Shown: in pieces, positions 27,723-37,339 of the stretch
Layout: each line of letters opens with the position of its first letter
How positions within the stretch are numbered: the first letter of the stretch is position 1
From: a virus
Taxonomy: Duplodnaviria > Caudoviricetes
DNA: 56,607 nucleotides
IMG/VR virus record: IMGVR_UViG_3300024232_000327
Location: 1-56,607 of that record
Reading direction: 5' to 3' (one strand)
Notes under the pieces: model-generated
What the model was told of the DNA's origin: nothing
Databases searched by the model: none
The model's input: only the letters and a program-made list of their open reading frames with translations
Translations under genes and position numbers: made by a program

Positions 27723-28120
27723 GCAAGAAGACCCAGGTGGTGTTCGTCTACGGCAGCCTCAAGCGAGGCTTCCACAATCACCACCTCCTCGAGACGAGCG
27801 AGCTCCTCGGCGAGGCGACGAGCTGCGACCGCTTCGTGATGTGGGGAGCCGGCTTCCCGTTCCTCGCCTCGAAGTCGCGCGGTCACCGCGTCGCCGGCGA
27901 GCTCTACCTGGTGGACCTCGAGACGCTTCAGTGCCTCGACCATCTCGAGGGACACCCTCGGTTCTACCGCCGCCAGTCGCGTCTGTTCCGAACAGGCCGC
28001 ACGCGGAGGCGGGCCTGGATCTACCTGGTGCCGCAGGACCGCTATCAGAGCTCCGACGTACTCGTGAGGCCAGACAGGGACAGCATCCTGCGGTGGAGTC
28101 AAGAGCAGGCGGGATGGTGA
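27719..28120 (+). CDS. gamma-glutamylcyclotransferase (AIG2/YtfP-like)
   Basis: VFVYGSLKRG..NH...V.GELY.....LDHLEGHP..Y.R. Confidence 0.9.
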   Translation: MSKKTQVVFVYGSLKRGFHNHHLLETSELLGEATSCDRFVMWGAGFPFLASKSRGHRVAGELYLVDLETLQCLDHLEGHPRFYRRQSRLFRTGRTRRRAWIYLVPQDRYQSSDVLVRPDRDSILRWSQEQAGW

Positions 28121-28142
28121 TTCAAAAGAGAAAAAATACCCA

Positions 28143-28171
28143 TTTACTTTTAATTTTCTCTTTGGTAGACT
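28143..28171 (+). promoter_or_regulatory. phage promoter
   Basis: TTTACT-N17-TAGACT. Confidence 0.65.
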
Positions 28172-28197
28172 GGTCTCCTTCGCAGCAGGAGATACTC

Positions 28198-28536
28198 ATG
28201 TCAGATCCACACTTCCAGGCCGCAGACCAGGTCTACCAGATCTTGAACCTCACCCCCTTAACCACCAACCAGATCAGGGACCTCCTCGCTCAGGTCGCCG
28301 ATCGCCTCCAGGCTCCCCTAGCTCCGCACTGGGCCGACCAGCTCCAGGTCTTCGACCAAGTCGCCTTCAAAGACGCTCAGGGCAAGGTCAGGCAGGGCTA
28401 CGTGTCCGCAGTCACCATCTCAGAGTCAGGTCCAGACGCCGTCCAGCTCCACTACACATTCACCGATACAGACCAGCCAGACACCAACTCAGATCACAGG
28501 GTCGAGCACATCTCAGGGGACTTCTTCAAGATCTGA
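28198..28536 (+). CDS. hypothetical protein
   Basis: AGGAG RBS before ATG 28198, downstream of a promoter. Confidence 0.6.
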   Translation: MSDPHFQAADQVYQILNLTPLTTNQIRDLLAQVADRLQAPLAPHWADQLQVFDQVAFKDAQGKVRQGYVSAVTISESGPDAVQLHYTFTDTDQPDTNSDHRVEHISGDFFKI

Positions 28537-28549
28537 TCGGGGTCAGGGG

Positions 28550-28643
28550 GTGTGACATTTATGTCACACTCCTCCCCCTCCTGAAAATAAATCGGAAAAG
28601 AGTAAAAATAATAGTTTACTTATCCTTTCCTCTAGGGTAGACT
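28550..28643 (+). promoter_or_regulatory. promoter repeat copy 2 with perfect operator-like palindrome
   Basis: GTGTGACAT-TT-ATGTCACAC; AGTAAA-N8-TTTACT-N17-TAGACT. Confidence 0.75.
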
Positions 28644-28679
28644 ACCACTATCGGAAGACAGGAACACAGGGGAAATCAG

Positions 28680-28877
28680 ATGAACGTCGACAGCTCCAAG
28701 TCCTACGCCACCCAGGAGAACCTGATGAAGGCCCTCGAGAAGATGGACCTCTTAAGGTTCCGCCCCGTGGTGGTCCGCAACAAGGAAGGCCGGTGGACGG
28801 CGATCTTCGGCTACTCTCTCTCGCAGCACCAGAACCCCGCTTCGATCTGCCACCTGGGCTTCATGGTCATCAACTGA
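28680..28877 (+). CDS. small hypothetical protein
   Basis: first ORF after promoter copy 2. Confidence 0.6.
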   Translation: MNVDSSKSYATQENLMKALEKMDLLRFRPVVVRNKEGRWTAIFGYSLSQHQNPASICHLGFMVIN

Positions 28878-28969
28878 GGTCTTCCCTCGGAGCCCCTGCC
28901 CCGCCCTCGGCAGGACCAGCGAGACTAGGGGCACTCAGGTTCAACCCAGAGCACAGACAGGAGACACCG

Positions 28970-29587
28970 ATGTGCAGCCACCACGATCACGAAGCCGAGA
29001 TGCAGCAGATGGAAGTCGAGGGAGATCGCCTACAGACCGCCCGCGACGAGCGCAACAAGCACGCCGCCCGCTCCGCGATGGAGCAGACCGACATCTTCGC
29101 CGGCCTCGACGGCACCCTAGAAGAGGGCCACGAGGAGGCTACGTCCGAGGACATGCGCGGCAAGTTCAGCGACGCTCTCGTCGCCCGCCAGTTCCTCCGG
29201 GCTGGCAAGGCGATCGTTACACTGGTCTCCACCAAGACGGGGAACCGCTTCACCTACAAGGTGACCAAGAGCGACGACGGCAACTGCCACTTCGTGGCCC
29301 TCCTCAACGGGCCGGACAACACCTCCAACTACAAGTACCTGGGTCGCATCGCCCGCGAGATCTTCTTCAAGGGCCGCAAGACGCCGAAGGCCGGAGACAT
29401 CGCGACAGATGCGCCGTCGATGCTCGCCTTCGACTTCGCCTGGAGGCACCTCGTGCAGGGGAGCATCCCCGCCAACCTCGAGATCTGGCACGAGGGCTCC
29501 TGCGGCAGGTGCGGGCGCCGCCTCACGGTGCCTGCCTCTATAGCTCGCGGCTTCGGTCCCGAGTGCAGCGAACGGATGGGGTTCTAA
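28970..29587 (+). CDS. DUF6011-like Zn-ribbon protein
   Basis: C-terminal CGRCGRRLTVPASIARGFGPEC; GGAGAC RBS. Confidence 0.75.
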   Translation: MCSHHDHEAEMQQMEVEGDRLQTARDERNKHAARSAMEQTDIFAGLDGTLEEGHEEATSEDMRGKFSDALVARQFLRAGKAIVTLVSTKTGNRFTYKVTKSDDGNCHFVALLNGPDNTSNYKYLGRIAREIFFKGRKTPKAGDIATDAPSMLAFDFAWRHLVQGSIPANLEIWHEGSCGRCGRRLTVPASIARGFGPECSERMGF

Positions 29588-29611
29588 CGGCTTCCTCGCC
29601 TCATCCTCAAC

Positions 29612-29640
29612 TGGAGCCGCGCGAATGCGGCTTCCTTTTA
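29612..29640 (+). terminator. possible intrinsic terminator
   Basis: GGAGCCGC/GCGGCTTC stem followed by a short T run. Confidence 0.35.
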
Positions 29641-30228
29641 TCCCCAGGAGATCGACATGGCTTATGTGAACTGGTCTGCTCGCGCTGAGGAAGCCGAACT
29701 TCGTGGCGACTGGCATGAGGCTAAGAAGTGCTGGTACTACGCGGCTCAGCAGCTCAACGGCAATCCCTACGGTCTCAGGACCGAGTACGTCTTGAGAGAG
29801 GACGCTGCAGGTGAACGCATCCGAGGAGAGGTGTCGTGACCCTCTACAAGATCTACTTGACGAACTTCGATCGCTTCTCCGAGTGGGAGTTCTTCAGCCT
29901 CGAGGACGCCGCAGTCGCAGCGAAGAAGATCTGCTTCGAGTGCAGCATCCATCACGGCCAGCGCCTCGTGGCGGTCTGGTCGCCCCTCAACGGCCTCAGC
30001 CTGGTCCACTAGGGAGGAGCGTCATGACGGGACTGCGAGAGACGAGCGAGGCTAGCATGGTCGCCGCCCACAAAGCCGGCACGGCGTTCTGGCGCTACAA
30101 CCGGCCAGTCGACGCTACCCGCGAGCACCTTGCCAGCGTCGCCCGCTCCTGCGGGTGGCACGGCGAAGACGAGACGGCCTGGCTTGCCGGCTACTACGGA
30201 GCCAAGGCTCGAGATCAAGGCTGGGAAG

Positions 30229-30272
30229 AGTAAATCAGATAGGTTTACTCTTCTTTTCCTCTGTGGTATGAT
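30229..30272 (+). promoter_or_regulatory. phage promoter
   Basis: AGTAAA-N9-TTTACT-N17-TATGAT. Confidence 0.65.
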
Positions 30273-30293
30273 GATCAGAGAGAGGAGACACAT

Positions 30294-30521
30294 ATGAGCA
30301 GACCGAGATACAGCAAGCAGCTCCGCGAGGCGAGGTCGGTCGCCGAGGAGCTAGGACTCGAGGACGTCGTCTTCGAGCCGCGGAGTCGCCACTTCTTACT
30401 CCGCGCCACGTACCAGGGCCGCGTGATCACGACGATCGTGTCGGCGAGCTCGAAGAACTGGCGCATCCACGACTTCTTCCGCACCAACCTCAAGCGATCC
30501 ATCCGCGAGGCATCCCTATGA
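30294..30521 (+). CDS. small hypothetical protein
   Basis: GGAGAC RBS downstream of a promoter. Confidence 0.6.
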   Translation: MSRPRYSKQLREARSVAEELGLEDVVFEPRSRHFLLRATYQGRVITTIVSASSKNWRIHDFFRTNLKRSIREASL

Positions 30522-30949
30522 CAACCCGCAAGCGTCGCACCACGTTCCGCGTCGTGGCCACCCGAGAGTCGATCGACAACAGCGAGAGGAACTCTCTCCA
30601 CTGGTGCATCTTCGCCCTCGCGATCGGCTACTCCATCCCCGGAGCGATCCACATCTCGGTCGACAAGGACGAGACTCGCTTCTCCTACAAGGGCATGAGG
30701 TACATCTTCCGCACGCCTCCCAAGTCTGCCGAGATCGCCGAGAGCTACGACCGCGGCGTCCTCAGCAAGAGAGAGGTTCGCCCCTGGGACGACATCCTCG
30801 AAGATCCCATCAGCGTCGAGCCGGTCCAGCACAAGCGACCCAAGCGGAGAGCTGCGACCAACCAGAAGGTCAGCGTCAAGCGAAAGCGACGCACCGGCAG
30901 GTGCGACTCGGTTCGCTCGACTCGGTGGAACGGAGGGAAGCTGCGATGA
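30518..30949 (+). CDS. hypothetical protein
   Basis: translationally coupled, with a basic C-terminus. Confidence 0.6.
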   Translation: MTTRKRRTTFRVVATRESIDNSERNSLHWCIFALAIGYSIPGAIHISVDKDETRFSYKGMRYIFRTPPKSAEIAESYDRGVLSKREVRPWDDILEDPISVEPVQHKRPKRRAATNQKVSVKRKRRTGRCDSVRSTRWNGGKLR

Positions 30950-31392
30950 AGATGCGGGTCACGTTCGAGATCGACAGCAGCAACTACGGCTGCATCATCC
31001 GCCTCCAGGAGGACGGCGTCGTCAGCAAGGTCATATCGACCTCAGTCGAAGACGTCATGCCCGATCGCGAGAAGGCAGTCATCAAGATGAAGGAGTACCG
31101 AAACGGCCACAGCGTCTCCGCCGCCAGGGTGAAGACAAGTAGCGATCTCCGCGCTGTAGAGCTCGTGGTAGCCATCATGCAGAGCGACCCTGACTCGGTC
31201 TGGCACATCGAAGAGATCGGAGCTCGCCTCCACAGCGGCTTCGGACACCACCCAACTACGGCTTCGTCGACTATGTCCATCCTCAAGAAGCACGGCTACG
31301 TGAACCACGTCAGCGTCGGCAACTGGAAGCTGAGCGAGCTCGGCTGCAAGCACGAGCAGAACGTCCCGCTGCCGTTCAAGGTGAGCTCATGA
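30946..31392 (+). CDS. winged-helix-like protein
   Basis: ATGA overlap; EIGARL...TASSTMSILKKHGYV......W.L. Confidence 0.55.
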   Translation: MKMRVTFEIDSSNYGCIIRLQEDGVVSKVISTSVEDVMPDREKAVIKMKEYRNGHSVSAARVKTSSDLRAVELVVAIMQSDPDSVWHIEEIGARLHSGFGHHPTTASSTMSILKKHGYVNHVSVGNWKLSELGCKHEQNVPLPFKVSS

Positions 31393-31748
31393 CGAGAGTC
31401 CTGAGATCGGTCCACTACAAGGATCGCTACGGAGCCTGGGCTGGCAATCCCAAGGGGAACAGGCCGAACTACGAGCGATGCTGCGAAGCGGTATTCCGCA
31501 ACTTCCATGCGTACCAATGCACCAGGCTGCGAGGGTGCGGACCCGACGAGGCGTACTGCAGGCAGCACGATCCTGCGGTGAAGAAGAGACGAGAAGAGGC
31601 ATCTCGAGCTCGTCAAGATCTGGCCTTCCGATCACGCCGCCTCGAGATGAGCGGAGCTAGCTTCTTTGAGGTTCTCAAGAAGATAGCCGCGGGCCACGAC
31701 GATCCGCGTCAGCTGGCTCAGAAGACAATAGACGAGTTCGAGAGATGA
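31389..31748 (+). CDS. Cys/His-rich hypothetical protein
   Basis: RCC...QCTR..G.G....YCRQH. Confidence 0.6.
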   Translation: MTRVLRSVHYKDRYGAWAGNPKGNRPNYERCCEAVFRNFHAYQCTRLRGCGPDEAYCRQHDPAVKKRREEASRARQDLAFRSRRLEMSGASFFEVLKKIAAGHDDPRQLAQKTIDEFER

Positions 31749-32452
31749 CAGTCCACCTGTACTGGGACTACCCCAAGGGGAGCGACTTCTCCGAGAGCAA
31801 CAGCTCGAGGATCACCCGAGCGGTGACCCTATGCGGCAAGTCACTCCCCGTCGGGATGGTGACTGCGAACCCCCTAACTGCCACCTGTGACACCTGCGTC
31901 GAGCGATACCGAGAACATCAAGAGAGGGCAAGAGACATGGTCAAGACCGTGAACATCCACGACCTCAGCGGACCGCAGCTCGTGAAGGCCTACAACGAGA
32001 TGCGGGCCACGGCGGGGCATCCTCCCATCAAGAAGTTTCGCGACCTGGAGACGGGGCGGCGCTTCGTCACCGACGCCATGGTCATGGTCGGCTCAGCTTC
32101 GAAGGTCGACGAGATCCTCAGCGAGGTGGCTGCTACGGCTACGGCAACCCGGGAGGAGGCTCCTGCTGCGGTCAGCGGCAAGGAAGAAGACTCTCCGCCT
32201 GTCACTGACAAGAACAAAGAGGTCAAGAAGAGTAAAAAGAAAGATGGCATCTCTGACGCAGATGAGATAGAGATCCTAGATCTTGACTACGGCAAGCGGG
32301 AGAAGCCTTCTGCCACCATGACGCGATGGGGGAAGCTCCTCGCGCTGAAGACCAAGACGGTGGGCGAGTATCGCGCCAAGATCGCCGGCGACAAGACCAT
32401 AGGAGACGTGAAGTGGTGGATCAAGCACAAGAGGATCTCTCTGAAGGCGTGA
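31745..32452 (+). CDS. hypothetical protein, possibly DNA-binding
   Basis: low-complexity linker and basic C-terminal domain; start uncertain. Confidence 0.55.
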   Translation: MTVHLYWDYPKGSDFSESNSSRITRAVTLCGKSLPVGMVTANPLTATCDTCVERYREHQERARDMVKTVNIHDLSGPQLVKAYNEMRATAGHPPIKKFRDLETGRRFVTDAMVMVGSASKVDEILSEVAATATATREEAPAAVSGKEEDSPPVTDKNKEVKKSKKKDGISDADEIEILDLDYGKREKPSATMTRWGKLLALKTKTVGEYRAKIAGDKTIGDVKWWIKHKRISLKA

Positions 32453-32742
32453 GTCGTCGTCGCTTCTCCTTGGAGCCGGACAAGATCAACTACTCCGTGT
32501 CAGAGCGGGAGCTCTTCCGTCTTCTCCCGAAGAACGGCTCCAAGATCAGCAGCACCAAGCTCACCGAGCTCAAGATGAAGATGCTCGGTGACTGGGACGT
32601 CGAGCACCCGCAGAAGAACGTAACGATAGCCATGACGTCGCTCAGGAAGAAGGTCGAGGTCAACCGCGAGGCCTTCCGGATCTGTAGAACCAAGCGGTGC
32701 GGTCCTCACCCCATCCAGTACTGGGTCGAGTGGAAGAAGTGA
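32449..32742 (+). CDS. OmpR-like winged-helix protein
   Basis: S.SERELFRLL...NVTIAMTSLRKK. Confidence 0.5.
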   Translation: MSRRRFSLEPDKINYSVSERELFRLLPKNGSKISSTKLTELKMKMLGDWDVEHPQKNVTIAMTSLRKKVEVNREAFRICRTKRCGPHPIQYWVEWKK

Positions 32743-32746
32743 CGAC

Positions 32747-33403
32747 ATGAAGCAAGCCTGCGGCATCTGGTTTCCCGACGACGAGAAGCACCTCGTAGAC
32801 ATGGTGAGTCGCTCGCCGCGGGTCGACGGCAAGGGCACCTACCAGCTTCACAAGCTCGAGGCCGCACTGAAGTTCGTTCCCAAGCGGCGTCTAGCCCTCG
32901 ACGTCGGTATGCACGTCGGCCTGTGGGCGATGCACCTGGTGAAGACGTTCAAGACCGTGATCGGCTTCGAGCCGGTGGCAGATCACCTCCACTGCTTGGC
33001 CAGAAATATGGCTGAGGCTAACGTCACCAACTGGAAGGTTCACCCGTTAGCTCTTGGCAACAAGAATGCGAACGTGGGCCTCAAGCTCATGAAGGGCAGC
33101 ACCGGCAGCACCGCGATCGCTGAAGAAGACGGGGTGATCCCGATGAAGCGCCTTGACGACTTCGAGTTCACCGACCCTGTAGACTTCGTGAAGATCGACG
33201 TCGAGGGCTACGAGTACATGGTGCTGGAAGGCGCCGAGCAGACGCTGCGAAGGCACAAGCCGGTCGTCATCGTCGAGCAGAAGCCAGGGAAAGTCGAGTG
33301 GTTCGGCCACAAGCAGTACGACGCTCGTGATCTTCTCATTTCGTGGGGCGCGCGTCAGGTGTTCGAGATGCAGGGCGACTGCTGCCTGACGTGGAGGAAG
33401 TGA
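32747..33403 (+). CDS. FkbM-family methyltransferase
   Basis: ALDVGMHVGLW, FEP, ALG, RLDD, VKIDVEGYE..VLEGA. Confidence 0.9.
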   Translation: MKQACGIWFPDDEKHLVDMVSRSPRVDGKGTYQLHKLEAALKFVPKRRLALDVGMHVGLWAMHLVKTFKTVIGFEPVADHLHCLARNMAEANVTNWKVHPLALGNKNANVGLKLMKGSTGSTAIAEEDGVIPMKRLDDFEFTDPVDFVKIDVEGYEYMVLEGAEQTLRRHKPVVIVEQKPGKVEWFGHKQYDARDLLISWGARQVFEMQGDCCLTWRK

Positions 33404-34884
33404 TGAGCCTCGTCGAGTCGCTGACTCGCGACGACGAGCCGCAGTTCGCGCGCTGGAAGCACCAGCAGCAGGCGCTGGATCGCATGCGCTCGCGTCGCGG
33501 CTTCGCCCTGTTCATGGACATGCGGACCGGCAAGACGAAGGTGATCCTCGACGAGTGGGCCGAGATGGTTGCGTCTAGAGAGGTGTCGCAGCTCCTGGTG
33601 ATAGCCCCGGCTGGGGTGTACCGGACCTGGAGCCAGGCGGCTCGGGACCATCTCCCCCTCGGCCTGCTGCGACGGTCGGCTCTGATCACGTGGTCTGCCA
33701 GCGGCAGCCAGAAGGAGACTGGTAGAGTCAAGGTCCTCCTGGGTAGGCCGGGACCCAAGATCCTCCTCGTGAACGTAGAAGCCCTCTCTGCTGTAAAGCG
33801 AGCTCAGGACCTCTGCCTTAACTTCTGCCTTGACGCCCCTACCACGGTAGTCATAGACGAGAGCACCACGATCAAGGAGCGGAAGGCCAAGCGAACCAAG
33901 TTCTGTCTCAAGCTGAGTCAGACGGCCAGAGCGCGTCGCATCCTGACGGGCACACCGTCGCCACAGGGACCGCTGGACCTGTTCTCTCAGTTCGCGTTTC
34001 TCGACTACAAGATCCTCGGCTGGAACTTCACGGCGTTTCGCAACCACTACGCGAAGATCGTCCGCAAGCCGTTCGGCCCGGGTGGGCGGATGATCGACGT
34101 CGTCGACGGCTACAAGAACCTCGAGCAGCTCAAGAACCGGATCGCTCCCCACTCCTACCGCGTGAAGCTGAGCGACTGCTACGACCTGCCGGAGAAGATG
34201 TACCTGCGTCGCGACGTAGAGATGAGCGACGAGCAGCGCAAGGTCTACGCTCAGATCAAGGAATACGCCACGGCAGTCCTCGAGAGAGCCGAGAAGGAAG
34301 GCGAGATCCACCGCGTCACGGCTACGATCGTGCTGACCCAGGTGCTGCGACTTCATCAGGTCCTGGCAGGTCACGTGACGAGCGACGACCACTGCACTGT
34401 GGACCTGGCAGAGAACAAGACTTCTGAGATGCTGGAGATACTGGCGAACCACCAGGGGAAGGCGATCATCTGGGTCGCGTACGACCGCAGCGTCGCGAAG
34501 GTGGTTCACGCTCTGACCGAGGCCTACGGCAAGGGGAGCGCCGCTCGGTTCTGGGGTGGGAACGTGGACACTAGAGAAGACGAGGCGAAGCGATTCCTGA
34601 TCGACCCAAGCTGTCGCTTCATGGTGGCCACCGCAGCGTCAGGTGGTCGCGGGAGGACCTGGGCGGTAGCCGACCTGGTGATCTACTACAGCAGCACCCA
34701 CTCGCTGGAGCACCGCCTTCAGAGCGAGGAGCGGCCGCAGGCGGTGGGTAAGACCCAGAGCGTTGCCTACTTCGACCTGGTCTGCCCTGGCACCGTCGAG
34801 GAGAAGATCCTCCACGCCCTGCGGAACAAGATGAGCCTCAGCGACGCGGTGACCGGCGACGACTGGCGTGAGTGGGTGGTGTGA
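33403..34884 (+). CDS. SNF2-family helicase
   Basis: MDMRTGKT, IDES, LTGTP, and QSEERP motif VI variant. Confidence 0.9.
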   Translation: MSLVESLTRDDEPQFARWKHQQQALDRMRSRRGFALFMDMRTGKTKVILDEWAEMVASREVSQLLVIAPAGVYRTWSQAARDHLPLGLLRRSALITWSASGSQKETGRVKVLLGRPGPKILLVNVEALSAVKRAQDLCLNFCLDAPTTVVIDESTTIKERKAKRTKFCLKLSQTARARRILTGTPSPQGPLDLFSQFAFLDYKILGWNFTAFRNHYAKIVRKPFGPGGRMIDVVDGYKNLEQLKNRIAPHSYRVKLSDCYDLPEKMYLRRDVEMSDEQRKVYAQIKEYATAVLERAEKEGEIHRVTATIVLTQVLRLHQVLAGHVTSDDHCTVDLAENKTSEMLEILANHQGKAIIWVAYDRSVAKVVHALTEAYGKGSAARFWGGNVDTREDEAKRFLIDPSCRFMVATAASGGRGRTWAVADLVIYYSSTHSLEHRLQSEERPQAVGKTQSVAYFDLVCPGTVEEKILHALRNKMSLSDAVTGDDWREWVV

Positions 34885-35592
34885 GGTGGACGAGAAGACC
34901 AAGATTGAGGTTCTCAAGATCCTCAGGACCATAGCTCAGAGAACCTGCAAGCGGTGCATTCGCACCTACGAGATACCGATCAGCGTGATGATCGACGAGA
35001 TAGACAAGGAGCTTCGATCACGATCTGCGGCGAACCGTCGACGCGTCAGAGATCGGCCGCCGAAGACCCACTAGGCGGGTGCAACTCGAAACGGTGGGCG
35101 CTACGCGTGATCGGTCGGGACGCCGAGCGTAGCTTGTGGGGTTGCACACTTACGCGCTTCTCTAGACGACAAGAGATAACGTCATGAGAGTCTTCTTCGG
35201 CGAAGTTATCGAGTTAGTCCTCGTTCTCGTGACGTTCGGCGTCTTCATCTTGATCGTGATGTACGCTTTCAACCTGGGATGCAAGTTCAGCCACTGGCTC
35301 CACGACGAGGAGTACGTCTTTCTCTTTCCGAACGGCTGGGTCTGGCGCAAGAGAGGGACGAGAGACAACCCGTGACCCTCGTAGATGCCAAGTGCAGACT
35401 GTTCGCCCTGATGCTCGCCGCCAGGTCGGCGCGTCGCGTCCTGGCGAAGCGAAAGGAAGATCTTCTCGAGCAGCGCAAGCGGTTCGACTCGAAGTTCTGG
35501 TACGACATCCGCAAGAAGATCGACGCAGAGATCACCGAGATCGACCACGTGACGCACCAGATCAACGGCGCGCTCGGAGAGCAGTGACAGCG

Positions 35593-36372
35593 TCACTCCA
35601 TCTTGTATGATTCCATCGTGAACAGAACCGTCCCGCTCGAGGTCCACAGGCCGTGGCCCGCGAAGCAGCCGCCGCCGAACGTGATGCCTACCGTCTGAAG
35701 GTCGGCCGTCGTGGCCGCGAACCCAGCTGGGTCGGCCTGGTTTAAGATGTTGGTCCAGTGGTCAGGGTCGAGAGGGACCGTCATGCTGAGCGTGCCGAGA
35801 CCCTCGAGCCTGGTCCAGGTCTTCTGGAAGAATCTCCCCGACGGGTTCTTGTCGGTGAAGTCGTCGCCTCGCTTCTGGAAGTACAAGCTGGCGTGAGCGC
35901 CGTAGTCGCATGGGTTGTTCGCTCTGTTCCACTCCCACGTGACTGGGTTGCCGCTCAGCTCCTTCAGGGTGTACCTAGCCGTGATCGTTCCGCGGGCGTA
36001 GCCGCTGACTCCAGTCACCAGGTAGTGAGCGCCGTCCTGGATCGGGAACACGAACGACCACCCGTCCTGGGCGTACCCAGGGGCAGAGATGTTAGGACTG
36101 TACTGAAACGCCCATCGCGTCGGGTCCATCGAGATCACGATCGGTTGACTCGAGGGTGGAGACGGAGGAGATCCTCCACTGCACGCTCCTAGCGACAGCA
36201 CCGCCGCTACGGTGAAGATCTTTACCAGGTCGATCTCCGCGTGAAACCATCTTGCGAAGCAGCTTCTACACTCGAACTTGTCGCTCATGAGCGCCTCGTA
36301 GCAGACCCAGACATGGAGAGAACTGTGGCACCTGACACAGACTTCGCGTTCGGTTCTGGTCCACTGGTCCAT
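35593..36372 (-). CDS. hypothetical protein with internal lipobox-like segment
   Basis: AAVLSLGA-C-SGGSPPSPP followed by a beta-rich domain; start uncertain. Confidence 0.55.
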   Translation of the reverse strand: MDQWTRTEREVCVRCHSSLHVWVCYEALMSDKFECRSCFARWFHAEIDLVKIFTVAAVLSLGACSGGSPPSPPSSQPIVISMDPTRWAFQYSPNISAPGYAQDGWSFVFPIQDGAHYLVTGVSGYARGTITARYTLKELSGNPVTWEWNRANNPCDYGAHASLYFQKRGDDFTDKNPSGRFFQKTWTRLEGLGTLSMTVPLDPDHWTNILNQADPAGFAATTADLQTVGITFGGGCFAGHGLWTSSGTVLFTMESYKME

Positions 36373-37136
36373 GATCTCTCTCCAGCGTTCTCCTCGACGA
36401 TGCGTCGGAACATCGGAGCGTCAACTCCGAGGTCCTCGACGTATCTGGCGAAGGCAGCCGTGTCCTTCGGGAGACACGATCCGCCGAACCCCCTGAAGTG
36501 CTCGCTGCAGTCGAGATAGTGATGACCGATCGAGCTCCGCAGCGCCATCGCGTTCTTGACATTGGAGTAGTCGACTCCAGCCGACTTGCAGACGTCGTAG
36601 AACTGGCACGCGAAGTTGATCCTGAGAGCGTTGTAGACGTTGCTGAAGTACTTGCAGAACTCTGCTTCCATCGGCGTCATCCGCACGATCTTCTTCGGGT
36701 AGTAGCCGTGGGCCAATCGGATCTTCTCGAAGTCGGTGTGGCGGTAAGATCCGACGATGAGAACTTCGTGGTTCTCGACGAAGTCGCTGTAACTGCACTT
36801 CTCGCGGAGAAACTCCGGACAGTAAGTCAGCGCCAGCTTCCGCTCGATGTGAAGGCGGTCGGTCGTCCCTGGAACTACGGTGCTCTTGATCACCACTGTG
36901 CCGCGATATGTGATCCGCTCGAGATCTCGTACTATCTCCTCGACTATCGAAGTGTCACATCTTTCGTCAGGTAGCTGAGCGGTAGGGACGCATATGAAGA
37001 TGATCTCGGTGTCAAGGAGGTCCTCGAGGCGCGTGTCCATCTTCACGTCGTGACAGACCACGTCGTGACCCAGTCGCCTGAAGGCGTAGCGGAGGGTTCC
37101 TCCGACCATCCCCACACCTACGATGCCGATCTTCAT
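36285..37136 (-). CDS. UDP-glucose/GDP-mannose dehydrogenase family protein (lacks C-terminal domain)
   Basis: GVGMVG Rossmann motif, ICVPT, KSTVVPGTT, PEFLRE, AE..KY..N and GFGGSCLPKD. Confidence 0.9.
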   Translation of the reverse strand: MKIGIVGVGMVGGTLRYAFRRLGHDVVCHDVKMDTRLEDLLDTEIIFICVPTAQLPDERCDTSIVEEIVRDLERITYRGTVVIKSTVVPGTTDRLHIERKLALTYCPEFLREKCSYSDFVENHEVLIVGSYRHTDFEKIRLAHGYYPKKIVRMTPMEAEFCKYFSNVYNALRINFACQFYDVCKSAGVDYSNVKNAMALRSSIGHHYLDCSEHFRGFGGSCLPKDTAAFARYVEDLGVDAPMFRRIVEENAGERSWTSGPEPNAKSVSGATVLSMSGSATRRS

Positions 37137-37339
37137 GCTTTCTCCTCTGGAAGTTTTCCAAACGTGATGATGAGCTCTTGTCTCTCTTTGAGGTGATGCA
37201 CCAGCTTGTCGTGGAACTCGATGGCATGGTACAGGTCGTGCCAGACTAAGACGAAGCGGACCTGCTTCACGTCTTCGTGGAGCTCGACGAAGTAGCGACC
37301 GTCCTCGTGGAGCTTGAGAGGTCCGTCGCCAATCGCCAT
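37133..37339 (-). CDS. small hypothetical protein
   Basis: coupled ORF beginning MAIGDGPLK. Confidence 0.5.
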   Translation of the reverse strand: MAIGDGPLKLHEDGRYFVELHEDVKQVRFVLVWHDLYHAIEFHDKLVHHLKERQELIITFGKLPEEKA

